64,000 nt of DNA from an uncultured bacterium (lineage in GTDB: Bacteria > Krumholzibacteriota > Krumholzibacteriia > LZORAL124-64-63): positions 320,001 to 384,000 of the forward strand of contig CAVSGO010000007.1 in NCBI GenBank assembly GCA_963727525.1, read 5' to 3'. Shown piece after piece: positions 18,741 through 29,794 of the stretch. How positions within the stretch are numbered: position 1 is the first letter of the stretch; each line of letters begins with the position of its first letter. The notes under the pieces were generated by a model. The model was not told the origin of the DNA and ran no database searches. It was given only the letters and a program-made list of their open reading frames with translations. Position numbers and translations under genes: made by a program.

Positions 18741-20903
18741 ATGAGCGAGCCACTCCCGGACGGCGTTCCGGTCGCCGCGCTCGGCCTGCGCGAAGATTTT
18801 CTGGTCCCTACTCTCGAGCAATGGCATGCGGAGTGCGTGAAGCTCCTCAAGGGAGTGCCTTTCGAGAAGAAGATGGTCACCCCGACCTACGAGGGGATCA
18901 CACTGCAGCCGCTCTACACGGCGGCCGATACGGCCTCCCTCGAAGCGACCGGCGGGATGCCCGGGGCGCGGCCCTTCCTGCGCGGAACCCGTCCGCTGGG
19001 TTATCGTCAGCAACCCTGGCAGGTGGCACAGGAGCTGCCGTATCCGGCCTACGAGGACTTCAACGACGCGCTGCGGCATGATCTGGCGCGCGGGCAGGAC
19101 ACGGTCGTGCTGGTCATTGACGCCGCGGGCCAGGCCGGGCTCGATCCCGACCAGGCGCCGGCGGCGAAGGTGGGGCACGGGGGTACGTCGGTAGCGTCGC
19201 TGCGCGGGCTGCGCAAGGCCCTCGAGAGGATCGACCTGGCCGCGCACCCGGTGCATATCGAGTCGGGTTCCGCGGCGCTGACGTACGCCGCGCTCCTCGT
19301 CGCCCTGGCGCGGGAACGCGGCCTCGATCCGCGGCGCCTGCGCGGAAGCGTGGGCCTTGATCCGCTCGGCGGTCTCGCCCAGCTCGGACAGCTCCCACTC
19401 GCGCTCGTGCGCGCCTACGATGAACTGGGTTTGCTGACGCGCTGGGCCGCGGACCACGCTCCGGATCTGCGCACGGTGGCTGCGTATGGCCACCCGTATC
19501 ACGATGCGGGCGCCAGCGCCGTCCAGGAGCTGGCCTTCACGCTGGCGGCAGCCGTGAATCACCTTCGCGAGCTCGAGGAGCGGGGCGTTGCAGTCGAGAC
19601 CGCGGCGCCGCGGATTCTCTGCGGATTCTCCGTGGGTACGCACTTCTTCATGGAGATCGCCAAGCTACGCGCCGCGCGCGTGCTGTGGTCGCGGATCATC
19701 GGTGCGTGCGGCGGCGAGGAGTACGCGCAGGCGCTCAGCCTGCACGCACGCACGAGCCGCTTCGGACAGACCGTTTGCGATCCGCACGTGAACATCGTGC
19801 GGGGCACGACCGAGGCCATGGCCGCGATACTGGGCGGGGTGGACAGCTTGCACGTCGCGCCGTTCGATGAGGCGCTGGGACTGCCCGACGCCTTCAGCCG
19901 GCGTCTCGCGCGCAACACGCACACCATCCTGCGCGAGGAGAGCCATCTCGACCTGGTGGTCGATCCCGCCGGCGGTACCTGGTACGTCGAGGCCTTGACG
20001 GCGCAGGTCGCGTCAGCGGCATGGGCACTCTTCCAGGAGGTCGAGACCCGTGGCGGACTGGTGGCGGCGTTGAAGAGCGGCTGGGTGCAATCGGAGATCG
20101 GACGCACGGCGCAGGCGCGACGCGAACACCTCGCGTGCCGCAAGGACGTGCTCGTGGGCACCACCAAATATGCGAATCCCCAGGAGCGCCCGTGCGTCGG
20201 CGGCAGTTTCGACCACACCGCATTCCATGCGCAGCGGTCGCGCACGCTGCAAGCCATGCGCACGCGCAGCGAGCACGCGGAGAGCGACGCCGTGCTGCGC
20301 AAGCTCGACGCCATCCTCGCCAGCCAGCCGGCAGGCATGTTCGACGCCATCGTGGATGCGGCGGCCCAGGGCGCGACCGTGGGGGAGCTGTGCGTCACGT
20401 TCCGGCATGACGCCGATCCGCAGATGCAGGTGGTTCCGCTGCGTCCTTTGCGCGCTGCGGAGCCGTTCGAAACGTTGCGTTTGGCGGTGCAGGCGTATGC
20501 CGCACAGCAGCCGGCGGCGACACGAGTGTTCTGTGCCAATCTCGGGGATGTCGCGCGGTACATGACCCGTCTCGACTTCGTGAAGGGGTTCTTCCAGACG
20601 GGCGGCTTCACCGTCGTCGCCGACCGCACGTTCCAGGCGCCGGCGGAGGCGGCCGCGGCGGCGAAGGACGACGGCGCGGCCACGGCTGTGATCGTGGGCC
20701 TCGACGAGACGTACGCGGAGTTGGCGGCCGACACTGCCCACGCACTCAAGGCTGCCGGTATCGCTACCGTGGTCCTGGCTGGACAGCCGGGGGCGATAGG
20801 GGACGTTCTGCGGGGCGCCGGTGTGGACGATTTCATCCATGTGCGTTCCGACATCCTGACCACGCTGCAGCACCTGGCCACGAGCAAGGGGGTGGCGATG
20901 TGA
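18741..20903 (+). CDS. mutA: Methylmalonyl-CoA mutase small (beta) subunit
   Basis: [52 protein letters not shown]; degenerate B12 domain lacking DxHxxG; overlaps the large subunit gene. Confidence 0.88.
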   Translation: MSEPLPDGVPVAALGLREDFLVPTLEQWHAECVKLLKGVPFEKKMVTPTYEGITLQPLYTAADTASLEATGGMPGARPFLRGTRPLGYRQQPWQVAQELPYPAYEDFNDALRHDLARGQDTVVLVIDAAGQAGLDPDQAPAAKVGHGGTSVASLRGLRKALERIDLAAHPVHIESGSAALTYAALLVALARERGLDPRRLRGSVGLDPLGGLAQLGQLPLALVRAYDELGLLTRWAADHAPDLRTVAAYGHPYHDAGASAVQELAFTLAAAVNHLRELEERGVAVETAAPRILCGFSVGTHFFMEIAKLRAARVLWSRIIGACGGEEYAQALSLHARTSRFGQTVCDPHVNIVRGTTEAMAAILGGVDSLHVAPFDEALGLPDAFSRRLARNTHTILREESHLDLVVDPAGGTWYVEALTAQVASAAWALFQEVETRGGLVAALKSGWVQSEIGRTAQARREHLACRKDVLVGTTKYANPQERPCVGGSFDHTAFHAQRSRTLQAMRTRSEHAESDAVLRKLDAILASQPAGMFDAIVDAAAQGATVGELCVTFRHDADPQMQVVPLRPLRAAEPFETLRLAVQAYAAQQPAATRVFCANLGDVARYMTRLDFVKGFFQTGGFTVVADRTFQAPAEAAAAAKDDGAATAVIVGLDETYAELAADTAHALKAAGIATVVLAGQPGAIGDVLRGAGVDDFIHVRSDILTTLQHLATSKGVAM

Positions 20904-23083
20904 GCCGCATTCCGGATTTCCGCAAGATCGCCCTCACCGCGACACCTTACGGCAATCGCGACTCGTGGGAAGCCCAGGTGCGCGGCCTGACCGGTCACGA
21001 CGCGGCGGCGCTCGCCTGGCGGACCCACGAGCAGATCGACGTGGCACCGCTGTATACTGCCGACGACCTCGAGAACCTCGAGCACCTCGGATACCTCTCC
21101 GGCATTCCCCCGTTCCTGCGTGGCCCTTACGCGACGATGTATCTCGTGCGGCCCTGGACGGTACGCCAGTACGCAGGTTTCTCCACGGCCGAGGAGAGCA
21201 ACGCGTTCTACCGGCGCAACCTCGCAGCGGGACAGAAGGGACTGTCGGTGGCCTTCGACCTGGCCACCCATCGCGGCTACGACAGCGACCACCCGCGTGT
21301 GGCGGGCGACGTGGGCATGGCCGGTGTGGCCATCGACTCGATCCTCGACATGAAGGCGCTCTTCGACGGGATCCCGCTCGATCAGATGTCGGTGTCGATG
21401 ACGATGAACGGCGCCGTGCTGCCGGTGATGGCCTTCTACATCGTGGCTGCTCTCGAGCAAAGTGCGAGCCTCGCTCAGCTCCAGGGGACGATCCAGAACG
21501 ATATCCTCAAGGAGTACATGGTTCGCAACACGTACATTTACCCGCCTGAATTCTCGATGCGCATCATCGGCGACATCTTTGCGTTCACCTCGCAGCACAT
21601 GCCGAAGTTCAACTCGATCTCGATCTCCGGCTACCACATGCAGGAGGCCGGGGCATCGGCCGATCTCGAACTGGCCTACACGCTGGCCGATGGCGTGCAA
21701 TACGTGCGGACGGGCGTGGCGGCCGGGCTGCCCGTGGATGCGTTCGCGCCCCGCCTGAGCTTTTTCTGGGGCGAGGGCATGAATTACTTCATGGAGATCG
21801 CCAAGCTACGGGCCGGACGCGTGCTCTGGGCGAAGCTGATGCGCGAGTTCTCGCCGCAGGATCCGCGGTCGCTCGCGCTGCGCACACACTCGCAGACCAG
21901 CGGCTGGTCGCTCGCTGAACAGGATCCATTCAACAACGTGATCCGCACCTGCGTGGAGGCGATGGCGGCGGCCCTGGGCCACACGCAGTCTCTGCACACC
22001 AATGCGCTCGACGAGGCCATCGCCTTGCCCACCGACTTCTCCGCGCGCATCGCACGTAACACGCAGCTTTACCTTCAGGACGAGACGCGGATATGCAGCG
22101 TCGTCGATCCCTGGGGCGGCAGCTTCTACCTGGAGTCGCTCACCGCGGCGCTGATGCGCCGGGCGTGGGTCCACATCCAGGAGGTGGAGCAGCTGGGCGG
22201 TATGGCGCAGGCCATCGGCAGCGGTTTGCCCAAACTTCGCATCGAGGAGGCATCGGCCCGGCGCCAGGCCCGCATCGACAGCGGCCAGGAGACGATTGTC
22301 GGCGTCAACAGGTACCGGCTCGACCGCGAGGAACCCCTGGAGATCCTCGAGGTGGACAACACGGAGGTGCGGCGCCAGCAAATCGAGCGACTGGAGCGGC
22401 TCAAGCGCGAACGCGACGGCGACGCAGTGGCGGCCGCCCTGGCGGCCCTGACGCGTGGCGCCGCGACGGGCGACGGCAACCTGCTCGCCCTCGCGATCGA
22501 TGCGGCCAGGGCGCGGGCCTCTCTTGGCGAGATCAGCGATGCCCTCGAAACGGTGGTGGGACGCCACAAGGCGGAGGTCAGGACCATCAGCGGAGTGTAC
22601 AGCGCCGAGTACGGCGACGGTGCGGGGATGCGCGAGGTGCGCGCGCTGGTCGAGCGCTTCACTGCGCACGAGGGCCGACGCCCGCGCATCATGATCGCGA
22701 AGATGGGGCAAGACGGACATGACCGCGGGGCCAAGGTCGTGGCCACGGCCTACGCCGATCTTGGCTTCGACGTCGATGTCGGCCCGCTCTTCCAGACACC
22801 GCAAGAGACCGCGCGGCAGGCCGTGGAGAACGACGTGCACGTGGTCGGCATGTCCTCGCTGGCAGCGGGGCACAAGACGCTGCTGCCGCAACTCGTGGAC
22901 GAGCTACGCGCCCTCGGGCGTGACGACATTATGGTCGTGGTGGGCGGCGTGATTCCCACCCAGGACTACGAATTCCTGCGCGAGCACGGTGCTGCGGCCA
23001 TCTTCGGACCGGGCACGGTGATCCCGCAGGCGGCGCGCACGATCCTCGAGGATTTGCTGCGGCGCCTGGACCTGGAACGCTGA
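20900..23083 (+). CDS. scpA: Methylmalonyl-CoA mutase large (alpha) subunit
   Basis: [61 protein letters not shown] (B12-binding His). Confidence 0.97.
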   Translation: MSRIPDFRKIALTATPYGNRDSWEAQVRGLTGHDAAALAWRTHEQIDVAPLYTADDLENLEHLGYLSGIPPFLRGPYATMYLVRPWTVRQYAGFSTAEESNAFYRRNLAAGQKGLSVAFDLATHRGYDSDHPRVAGDVGMAGVAIDSILDMKALFDGIPLDQMSVSMTMNGAVLPVMAFYIVAALEQSASLAQLQGTIQNDILKEYMVRNTYIYPPEFSMRIIGDIFAFTSQHMPKFNSISISGYHMQEAGASADLELAYTLADGVQYVRTGVAAGLPVDAFAPRLSFFWGEGMNYFMEIAKLRAGRVLWAKLMREFSPQDPRSLALRTHSQTSGWSLAEQDPFNNVIRTCVEAMAAALGHTQSLHTNALDEAIALPTDFSARIARNTQLYLQDETRICSVVDPWGGSFYLESLTAALMRRAWVHIQEVEQLGGMAQAIGSGLPKLRIEEASARRQARIDSGQETIVGVNRYRLDREEPLEILEVDNTEVRRQQIERLERLKRERDGDAVAAALAALTRGAATGDGNLLALAIDAARARASLGEISDALETVVGRHKAEVRTISGVYSAEYGDGAGMREVRALVERFTAHEGRRPRIMIAKMGQDGHDRGAKVVATAYADLGFDVDVGPLFQTPQETARQAVENDVHVVGMSSLAAGHKTLLPQLVDELRALGRDDIMVVVGGVIPTQDYEFLREHGAAAIFGPGTVIPQAARTILEDLLRRLDLER

Positions 23084-23224
23084 CGGCTCGATGTGTTCGC
23101 GATGCGGTGGGAGGATGGCGGAATTCTTGCGCTGGAGCTTCGACGTCGCGTCATGGTAGTTTGAGCAGCAACAGATCCGGCCTCGATCATACGGGGTCGG
23201 CGATTCGCATCGAGGACACGCGCG

Positions 23225-26200
23225 ATGTCACGCTCATCAATCTTGCCGCTACTGCTGGCCGCGCTCCTCGTCACCTGTGCTTCGACAGCCGGGGCTCGTA
23301 CCTACCCCTTCCGACATTTCTCCGAGCGCAATGGCATCCCCGGCAGTTCGGTCACCGGTATCGCTCAGGACACGAGCGGATGCATCTGGTTCGCCACCCG
23401 TGCCGGCCTCGTGCGGTATGATGGCACCGACTGGCAGACCCAGGGGACGGAGGCTGGTCTGCTGGCCGCCTGGCAGAGCGATGTCGCTGTGGACGATCGC
23501 GGCGGACTCTGGTCCATCGCGCTGAACACGCCGTTGCGTCTGTCCCACGAGGTTGGGGGACGCTGGGAGGTCATCGCCCGACCGGACGACGTGCACCTGG
23601 GGGGCGAGGCGTCCCAGCTGGCCCTGGGGCGCGATCCTGCCGGCGCCGTCACGGCGGCCGTGCTGGTGCGGGCGAGCCTGGTCGCGGTGTGGTCGGCGGG
23701 AGCCTGGCGGATCTGCGATCTCGGTGCCCTGAACGCCACGGTGTATGGCCTCAACTGGTTTGCCGAGTCCCTGTATATCGCAACCTCGCAGGGGTTGTTC
23801 CGCTTGCCGGATCCAGTGAATGTGGCGGAACTCGCTCCTGTGACCACGGCCCCGCCCGGACCCGTCTATGCCACCGCCATCGACAGGACACGCGGCGTGC
23901 TACGCGTCATCGGCGAGGGCTGGCTCGGTTCGCTCACACCGGACGGCTTCACGCTGGATGACCACGTTCCCGCGTTGCGATTCGATTCGGTTCCCGTTCC
24001 CATCTCCGCGGCGGTCGACGATCTCGGCGGCATCTACTGCGGCGGTATGCCCGAGGTGTTCTACTATCACCCCATCGTCGGTGTGGAGTCGCTGTCGCGC
24101 GCCAGCGGCATGATCGCCAACGGACTCTCCGACGTGCTCGTGGATCGTGAAGGTCAGGTCTGGCTCGCGAGTCGTCGAGGCGTGTCGCGTCTGTCGAGCC
24201 GGCAACTCGTGTGCCTCAACGCGGCCGACGGTCTGCTGGGCGACGAGGTGTCCTCGGTCCTGCGCCGGCATGACGGCACTCTGGTGCTTGGACACGACGA
24301 CGGCGTCACCATCATGACACCGGAGCCGCAGAGCGTCATGCTCGTGCGGGATCCCGAGACGTTCCGGCGTGTGATCGATCTGCACGAGGATCTGGACGGC
24401 GCGATCTGGGCGGCGATGGACCGCAGCGGGCTGGCGCGGATCGCGCCTGACCACTCCGTCCGCTGGTTCACGGCGTCCGAGGGTGTGCCGGGCGCTGTCT
24501 ACGCCATCGCCACCGATCCGGCCGGGCGATTCTGGGTGGGGACGTCCGAGGGGCTCTTCCAGCGCACCGGCGAGGCATTCATGCCGGTGACGTTGCGTCA
24601 CGGTATGTTGCCGGACGAGCCCAGCATCCGGCGCCTGGTTGTGGCCCGCGATGGGTCCCTCTACGCGGCCACCGTACGCGACGGCATCTTCAGGTTCGCC
24701 GACGGCGAGGTTACGCAATGGCAGAACCTCCCGTACGACACCAATGACGGCACGTATGCCATCGTCGAGACGCCCGATGGGGAGCGGCTGGTCGGCACCG
24801 AGTCGGGTCTCTGCCGGCTTACCGGCGGAAGGCTCGCCCCACTCGAAGCGCCGGAGCCGGTGATCACGCGGCCGGTCTACTCCCTCGCTTGGGGGCCGGC
24901 GGGACATCTGTGGATCGGTACGAACGCCGGTGTCTACGAGTGGGATCACCAGCAGTTGCGTCACCTCGGCGTGACAGACGGCATCTGCGGCTGGGAGTGC
25001 AACCGCGACGCGCTCCTCTGGGATGGCGAGAGCCGGCTATGGATCGGCACCGATCGCGGCGTCGCCATCTACGATCCCCGGCTGGCGCGAGTGCCGTCTG
25101 TTCCCCTTCCCCTGTGGATTGCGGGATATACGGTGGATGGGCAGGAGCGACCGGCGAGCGGTGATCTCTCGCTCTCGGCACGCACGCGGGAGCTGATTGT
25201 CCGCTTCCGGGCACCGGCATTCGCGGACGAATCACGCCTCGAGTTCGCCACGTGTCTGGAGGGATTCGATGCCGATTGGTCGGCGCCCGAGTTGTCGCCG
25301 ACGCGCCAGGTAAGATACACGAACCTCCCGGCGGGCCGTTACCAATTCCGCGTGCAAGCATTCGACGTCGTCGGGAGGCAGAGCCCCGTGGTGTCGTCGG
25401 GCGCCATCGTGGTGAACGAAATCCTGACGCGACGCCCCTGGTTCCGGGTCCTGGTAGGATTCATGTTACTGGGACTGGCCTGGCTCGTCCTGTCCCTGGT
25501 TCAGGGCCGACGCTACGCCCACCGTCTCGCCACAGACGTGCAGGAGCGCACCTCGGCGCTTGCGCGGTCGGAGGCGACTATCCGGACGGAATCGCAACGT
25601 TTTGCGACGGTACTGGACAGCATCTCAGACGGCGTCCTCGCCGTGACGGCCGACGGCGAGATCACTCTCGGTAATCCGGCGGCGGCATCGTTGCTGGGTT
25701 GTAAGGCAGAAGACCTGACAGGGCGAAAGCTCGCAGACCTGCTTCCGGGCACACACGAGGTTGTGACCACCGCGCTGGCGGAATGCGCCAGGCGTGAAGG
25801 CGGCACGTGGGCGACGCGGGCTCACTGCGAGGCCCGGAGCGAAGTACCCGGCGATATCGGGCGCGACCTCGAATGTTCCGTGTCCGCGCTGACGACACCC
25901 ACCGGGCCCGGCGCGATGGTGCTGGCGTTTCGCGACGTCACCGAGCGGCGCCGGCTCGAGCAAGAGCAGATCCGGGCGCAGAAGCTGGAGTCGCTCGGCG
26001 TACTCGCCGGCGGCATCGCGCACGACTTCAACAACTTGCTGACGGTGACGCTCGGCAACCTTTCCCTCCTCGATCTGGCGTGTCGCGACGATCAGCGATC
26101 CCATCTCGAGCAGATGCGGATGGCGTCCGAGCGCGCCCAGCGTCTCACCGGCCAGCTCCTCACCTTCGCGCGTGGCGGTGCCCCCCAGAAGCGGTTGACG

Positions 26201-27058
26201 GATCTGCGCGCCCTGCTCGATGAAGTCGCGACCCTGGCGCTGGCGGGAACCGACCTGCAGTTCACGTTCGACCTCGAGGCGGACCTCTGGGACGCCGAGA
26301 TCGATCGGGGGCAGTTCGAACAGGTCCTGACCAACCTCCTGATCAACGCCCGCCAGGCTCTCCTGTCCGGCGGGCATATCTGGCTGGTGGCCCGCAACGT
26401 GGGCGATGACGACGGGCGGCGATTCGTCGAGATCACCGTGCGGGATGACGGCTGCGGCATCGCAACTGACCATCTCGAGCGCATCTTCGAGCCTTACTAC
26501 ACGACGAAGGCCCAGGGTTCGGGGCTGGGACTCGCGATCTGCCACTCGATCATCGCGCGCCATGGCGGGAGCATTGCCGTCGAGTCCGTGGCGGATCACG
26601 GCGCGGCGTTCACGCTGCGCATCCCGGCCAGCGAGCAGCGCGCGCGTTCCATCACGGCGCAAGCGACACCGCAGGGCAGGGAGGGGGTGCGAGTCCTCGT
26701 CCTCGACGACGAGCCCGCCGTGCGCGAACTCCTGGTGCACATGCTCGGGCGCCTCGGCCATGGCGCGGTCGCGGTCGCCGACGGTACGGATGCCGTGGCG
26801 AGCTATGACGAAGCGATGACCGTCGGGCAGCCGTTCTCCGCGGTGATCATGGACCTGACGATCCCCGGGGGCATGGGCGGCGTCGAGGCGTTCGCGCGAT
26901 TGCGGGAACGCGACTTCGGCGTCCGTGCGATCGTGGCGAGCGGCTACTCGCACGATCCGGTCCTGGCGGAGTATTCCCACCACGGATTCAAGGCGGCGCT
27001 CACCAAACCCTTCGACCTCGGCGCCCTCGCCGCGGCTCTCGACTCCGCGCTGGCGTAG
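23225..27058 (+). CDS. Hybrid sensor histidine kinase (periplasmic beta-propeller and Y_Y_Y domain, TM, PAS, HisKA, HATPase, REC)
   Basis: Reg_prop repeats (QDTSGCIWFAT, DREGQVWLAS), [56 protein letters not shown]. Confidence 0.93.
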   Translation: MSRSSILPLLLAALLVTCASTAGARTYPFRHFSERNGIPGSSVTGIAQDTSGCIWFATRAGLVRYDGTDWQTQGTEAGLLAAWQSDVAVDDRGGLWSIALNTPLRLSHEVGGRWEVIARPDDVHLGGEASQLALGRDPAGAVTAAVLVRASLVAVWSAGAWRICDLGALNATVYGLNWFAESLYIATSQGLFRLPDPVNVAELAPVTTAPPGPVYATAIDRTRGVLRVIGEGWLGSLTPDGFTLDDHVPALRFDSVPVPISAAVDDLGGIYCGGMPEVFYYHPIVGVESLSRASGMIANGLSDVLVDREGQVWLASRRGVSRLSSRQLVCLNAADGLLGDEVSSVLRRHDGTLVLGHDDGVTIMTPEPQSVMLVRDPETFRRVIDLHEDLDGAIWAAMDRSGLARIAPDHSVRWFTASEGVPGAVYAIATDPAGRFWVGTSEGLFQRTGEAFMPVTLRHGMLPDEPSIRRLVVARDGSLYAATVRDGIFRFADGEVTQWQNLPYDTNDGTYAIVETPDGERLVGTESGLCRLTGGRLAPLEAPEPVITRPVYSLAWGPAGHLWIGTNAGVYEWDHQQLRHLGVTDGICGWECNRDALLWDGESRLWIGTDRGVAIYDPRLARVPSVPLPLWIAGYTVDGQERPASGDLSLSARTRELIVRFRAPAFADESRLEFATCLEGFDADWSAPELSPTRQVRYTNLPAGRYQFRVQAFDVVGRQSPVVSSGAIVVNEILTRRPWFRVLVGFMLLGLAWLVLSLVQGRRYAHRLATDVQERTSALARSEATIRTESQRFATVLDSISDGVLAVTADGEITLGNPAAASLLGCKAEDLTGRKLADLLPGTHEVVTTALAECARREGGTWATRAHCEARSEVPGDIGRDLECSVSALTTPTGPGAMVLAFRDVTERRRLEQEQIRAQKLESLGVLAGGIAHDFNNLLTVTLGNLSLLDLACRDDQRSHLEQMRMASERAQRLTGQLLTFARGGAPQKRLTDLRALLDEVATLALAGTDLQFTFDLEADLWDAEIDRGQFEQVLTNLLINARQALLSGGHIWLVARNVGDDDGRRFVEITVRDDGCGIATDHLERIFEPYYTTKAQGSGLGLAICHSIIARHGGSIAVESVADHGAAFTLRIPASEQRARSITAQATPQGREGVRVLVLDDEPAVRELLVHMLGRLGHGAVAVADGTDAVASYDEAMTVGQPFSAVIMDLTIPGGMGGVEAFARLRERDFGVRAIVASGYSHDPVLAEYSHHGFKAALTKPFDLGALAAALDSALA

Positions 27059-27076
27059 GCGCCGATCACCGCGGGC

Positions 27077-27550
27077 TCAGAAGAATGTCCACCCGATCGT
27101 GGTTTTCAGATCGGGGCTGTCGGCGATGCCGAGCTTGATCTCGAGGAACAGCCGGTCGCCGTTGCCGATACCCTTTTCCACGCCACCGAGCAGATTGAGG
27201 CCGGTCTGCATGTCCGTGTCGCTGTGACCCCGCACACCCGCATCCCACTTGTACCAATTGAGGCCCACGCCGCCGCCGGCGTAGGGATGCCACACGTCCC
27301 AGTGGCGGGAGAATTGGCAGGCAACCTCGAAATTCAGAGCCGTCACCATGACGTTGTCGCCGAAACCGACCTCGAGGTTCGGCTGGAAGCGGACATGACG
27401 CGACACGGCGCCGAAGTCGCGGTGGATGCCGATATGGACCTGGTCGGGAGAAAAGGTCAGACCGCCGCGTGGACCCCAACCACCGGCGCTGGCCGTCGCT
27501 GCGGTACCCAGTATGGTGATAAAGAAACACGTCAATAGCGAACGCAGCAT
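27077..27550 (-). CDS. Small outer-membrane beta-barrel protein
   Basis: Signal peptide MLRSLL...ASA; amphipathic strands, PYAGGGVG, C-terminal aromatic ...IGWTFF. Confidence 0.75.
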   Translation of the reverse strand: MLRSLLTCFFITILGTAATASAGGWGPRGGLTFSPDQVHIGIHRDFGAVSRHVRFQPNLEVGFGDNVMVTALNFEVACQFSRHWDVWHPYAGGGVGLNWYKWDAGVRGHSDTDMQTGLNLLGGVEKGIGNGDRLFLEIKLGIADSPDLKTTIGWTFF

Positions 27551-27767
27551 GAGAGCGCCTTTCGTCAGTCGTGCGTGGCCCTGGTGTCCGTTATCCCCGG
27601 CCTTGCTTCTCGGGCAAGAAAGTGCCGTTCCAACGATTCGACAAGACGGCGCCGGTACGAATGACACGGGCGCGGTGGCTGATACGGCCATCCGGTTCTA
27701 GAATGACATTCGTGGAGCCCGGATCGGGCCGGAACGTGATCGCATCCTTGATCGAGGAGCAGTGACG

Positions 27768-28484
27768 ATGCGCACATGGCTTGTCGTGGTAGTGTTGGTC
27801 GGCGGGGTCGTGGTCGCCACGGGGGCCGGCGTCGGCCCGGCATGCGCCGACGAATTCATCGAGACGTTCGATGCCGGTAGCAACGCCGGCGGCTGGACCT
27901 ACGGGGCGCCCACGGAAGGCATCGCGACGAGCGGCGGCCATCCCGGGGCATATCTCCACGCTTCGGGCCTCGACACCTACGCGCCGTACCTGCATACGGG
28001 TGCCGGTGCCTCGTCCATCTTCACGGGCGACTACCATTCGATGCATGTGACGAGTATCGGCGTGGATCTCGAGACCATCGCTGTCGATTTCTCGGCCGAC
28101 GAACGCGAATGCACGCCCATGTTGCGCAGCGACAACGGCACGCCCGACGACGACCAGGACGACTGGGCGGCCTACTATCTGGGTCCATACATCCCGGTGC
28201 CGGGCGACGGCTGGGCCGCGTACGACTTCACGATCCCCTGGGACGCGACGAGCTGGCCAAGCGGCTGGAGCTGGGTCGCGCTCGGCCCCGGGGCGCCGGC
28301 CTCGCCGGACTGGGCCGTGCTCATGAACGATGTGACCCAGGTCGGGTTCTTCTACGGCAACCCGGAATACTTCTTCATCTTCCAGATGTGGGAGCTGGGC
28401 GCGGACAATCTGCGCATCACGGCTGACAACACCGTCGTCGTGCAGTCTCGCGATTGGGGTGCGGTGAAGAGCCTGTTCCGCTGA
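27768..28484 (+). CDS. Secreted beta-sandwich hypothetical protein with C-terminal 'WGxxKxLFR' tail
   Basis: RBS GAGGAG; signal peptide; acidic, aromatic-rich jelly-roll-like body (ETFD...DNLRIT); ends [15 protein letters not shown]. Confidence 0.75.
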   Translation: MRTWLVVVVLVGGVVVATGAGVGPACADEFIETFDAGSNAGGWTYGAPTEGIATSGGHPGAYLHASGLDTYAPYLHTGAGASSIFTGDYHSMHVTSIGVDLETIAVDFSADERECTPMLRSDNGTPDDDQDDWAAYYLGPYIPVPGDGWAAYDFTIPWDATSWPSGWSWVALGPGAPASPDWAVLMNDVTQVGFFYGNPEYFFIFQMWELGADNLRITADNTVVVQSRDWGAVKSLFR

Positions 28485-28557
28485 TCTGATCGGGAACCGG
28501 GGCGACGGTCTCGTGTTTCCTGCTCGTTGCCCCGCCCGGGTTCCCTTGGAGGCTGAC

Positions 28558-29091
28558 ATGAAACGCATCGTCCTGGCCGTGAGCGTGCTCGCTGTGGTGG
28601 GAGCGCTCGCCGCTGTCCGGCAGGAGAATCCCGACCACGCGAAGGACCCGGTCAAGCAGGAGGATTCCCCGGTGACATACAATCCTCTTACGTCTGCCGA
28701 GGCGCACGTGATCCTCGACAAGGGGACCGAGGCGCCTTTCTCCGGCGAGTACGAAGACAACACCTCCGCCGGCACCTACATCTGTCGTCGCTGCAACGCC
28801 CCGCTCTATCGCTCCGAGGACAAGTTCAACGCCCACTGCGGCTGGCCTGCCTTCGACGATGAGATTCCCGGCGCCGTGACGCGCCATCGCGATCGTGATG
28901 GCATCCGGACCGAGATCCTCTGCGCCAACTGCGGCGCGCACCTGGGCCACGTGTTCGAGGGCGAGCATTTCACGGCGAAGAACACGCGTCACTGCGTGAA
29001 TTCGGTCTCGATGGTCTTCGTGCCGAAGGGGCAGGAGCTCCCACCGGTGATCCATGCGGACGCGCAGAACGCCGACGCGTCCCGTGAGTAG
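28558..29091 (+). CDS. msrB: Peptide-methionine (R)-S-oxide reductase with N-terminal signal peptide
   Basis: [54 protein letters not shown]. Confidence 0.93.
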   Translation: MKRIVLAVSVLAVVGALAAVRQENPDHAKDPVKQEDSPVTYNPLTSAEAHVILDKGTEAPFSGEYEDNTSAGTYICRRCNAPLYRSEDKFNAHCGWPAFDDEIPGAVTRHRDRDGIRTEILCANCGAHLGHVFEGEHFTAKNTRHCVNSVSMVFVPKGQELPPVIHADAQNADASRE

Positions 29092-29785
29092 CGTGTCTCT
29101 GCTGGCGCGGCGCTGGCTGGTCCGGCTCATGCCGCTCCTGCTTTGCGCCGCGCCTGCGCGCGCACTGCTTCCCGTATCCGACCAGCCTCTGCGCACCGTG
29201 TTCCTCGTACGTCATGGCGAGTACGCCCACACCGACGATTGCGATCCGGCAGTGGAATGCTCGCTGGTAGCGCTGGGCCGGCAGCAGACGCGGCTGGCGG
29301 CGGCGCGGCTCGACGCCATGCCGGTGCGGTTCACCTCCTTGCAGGCGAGCACGCTGGCCCGCGCCCGGGAGACGGCCGCGATCATCGCCGAGCACTTCCC
29401 CGAGCTGACGCTCACGCTTCACGACGACCTTCGCGAGTGCACGCCAACCACGCGGCGCGCCGACATCATGGCCAGCCTGGCCCCGGGCGAGGCCGACTCC
29501 TGCGATTCCCAGCTCGAGGCGCTCGCGCACCGGCTCCTGACGCCGGCCGCCGGGCCCGCCGATGAGAACGACATCGTCGTCTGCCACGGCAACGTCATCC
29601 GGTGGCTTGTCTGTCGGGTACTGGATGTCGATCCCACGGCGTGGCTTGGCATGAGTATCGCCAATGCGAGCCTCACCATCGTGCAGGTTCGCGCGGACGG
29701 ATCGCTCAAGCTGATCGGTTTCGGCGACTCCGGTCACGTCCCGTATCCGATGACCACGTACCCCGGAACCGAGGCGCCGCAGTGA
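29084..29785 (+). CDS. Histidine phosphatase superfamily protein, PGAM5-like, with putative signal peptide
   Basis: [39 protein letters not shown]; start uncertain (GTG 29084 or ATG 29129). Confidence 0.82.
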   Translation: MSSVSLLARRWLVRLMPLLLCAAPARALLPVSDQPLRTVFLVRHGEYAHTDDCDPAVECSLVALGRQQTRLAAARLDAMPVRFTSLQASTLARARETAAIIAEHFPELTLTLHDDLRECTPTTRRADIMASLAPGEADSCDSQLEALAHRLLTPAAGPADENDIVVCHGNVIRWLVCRVLDVDPTAWLGMSIANASLTIVQVRADGSLKLIGFGDSGHVPYPMTTYPGTEAPQ

Positions 29786-29794
29786 CAGGCGAGA

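Noticed and set aside
18741-23083. Methylmalonyl-CoA mutase pair without adjacent meaB or epimerase
   Set aside because: These genes are often located elsewhere; cannot be judged from one window
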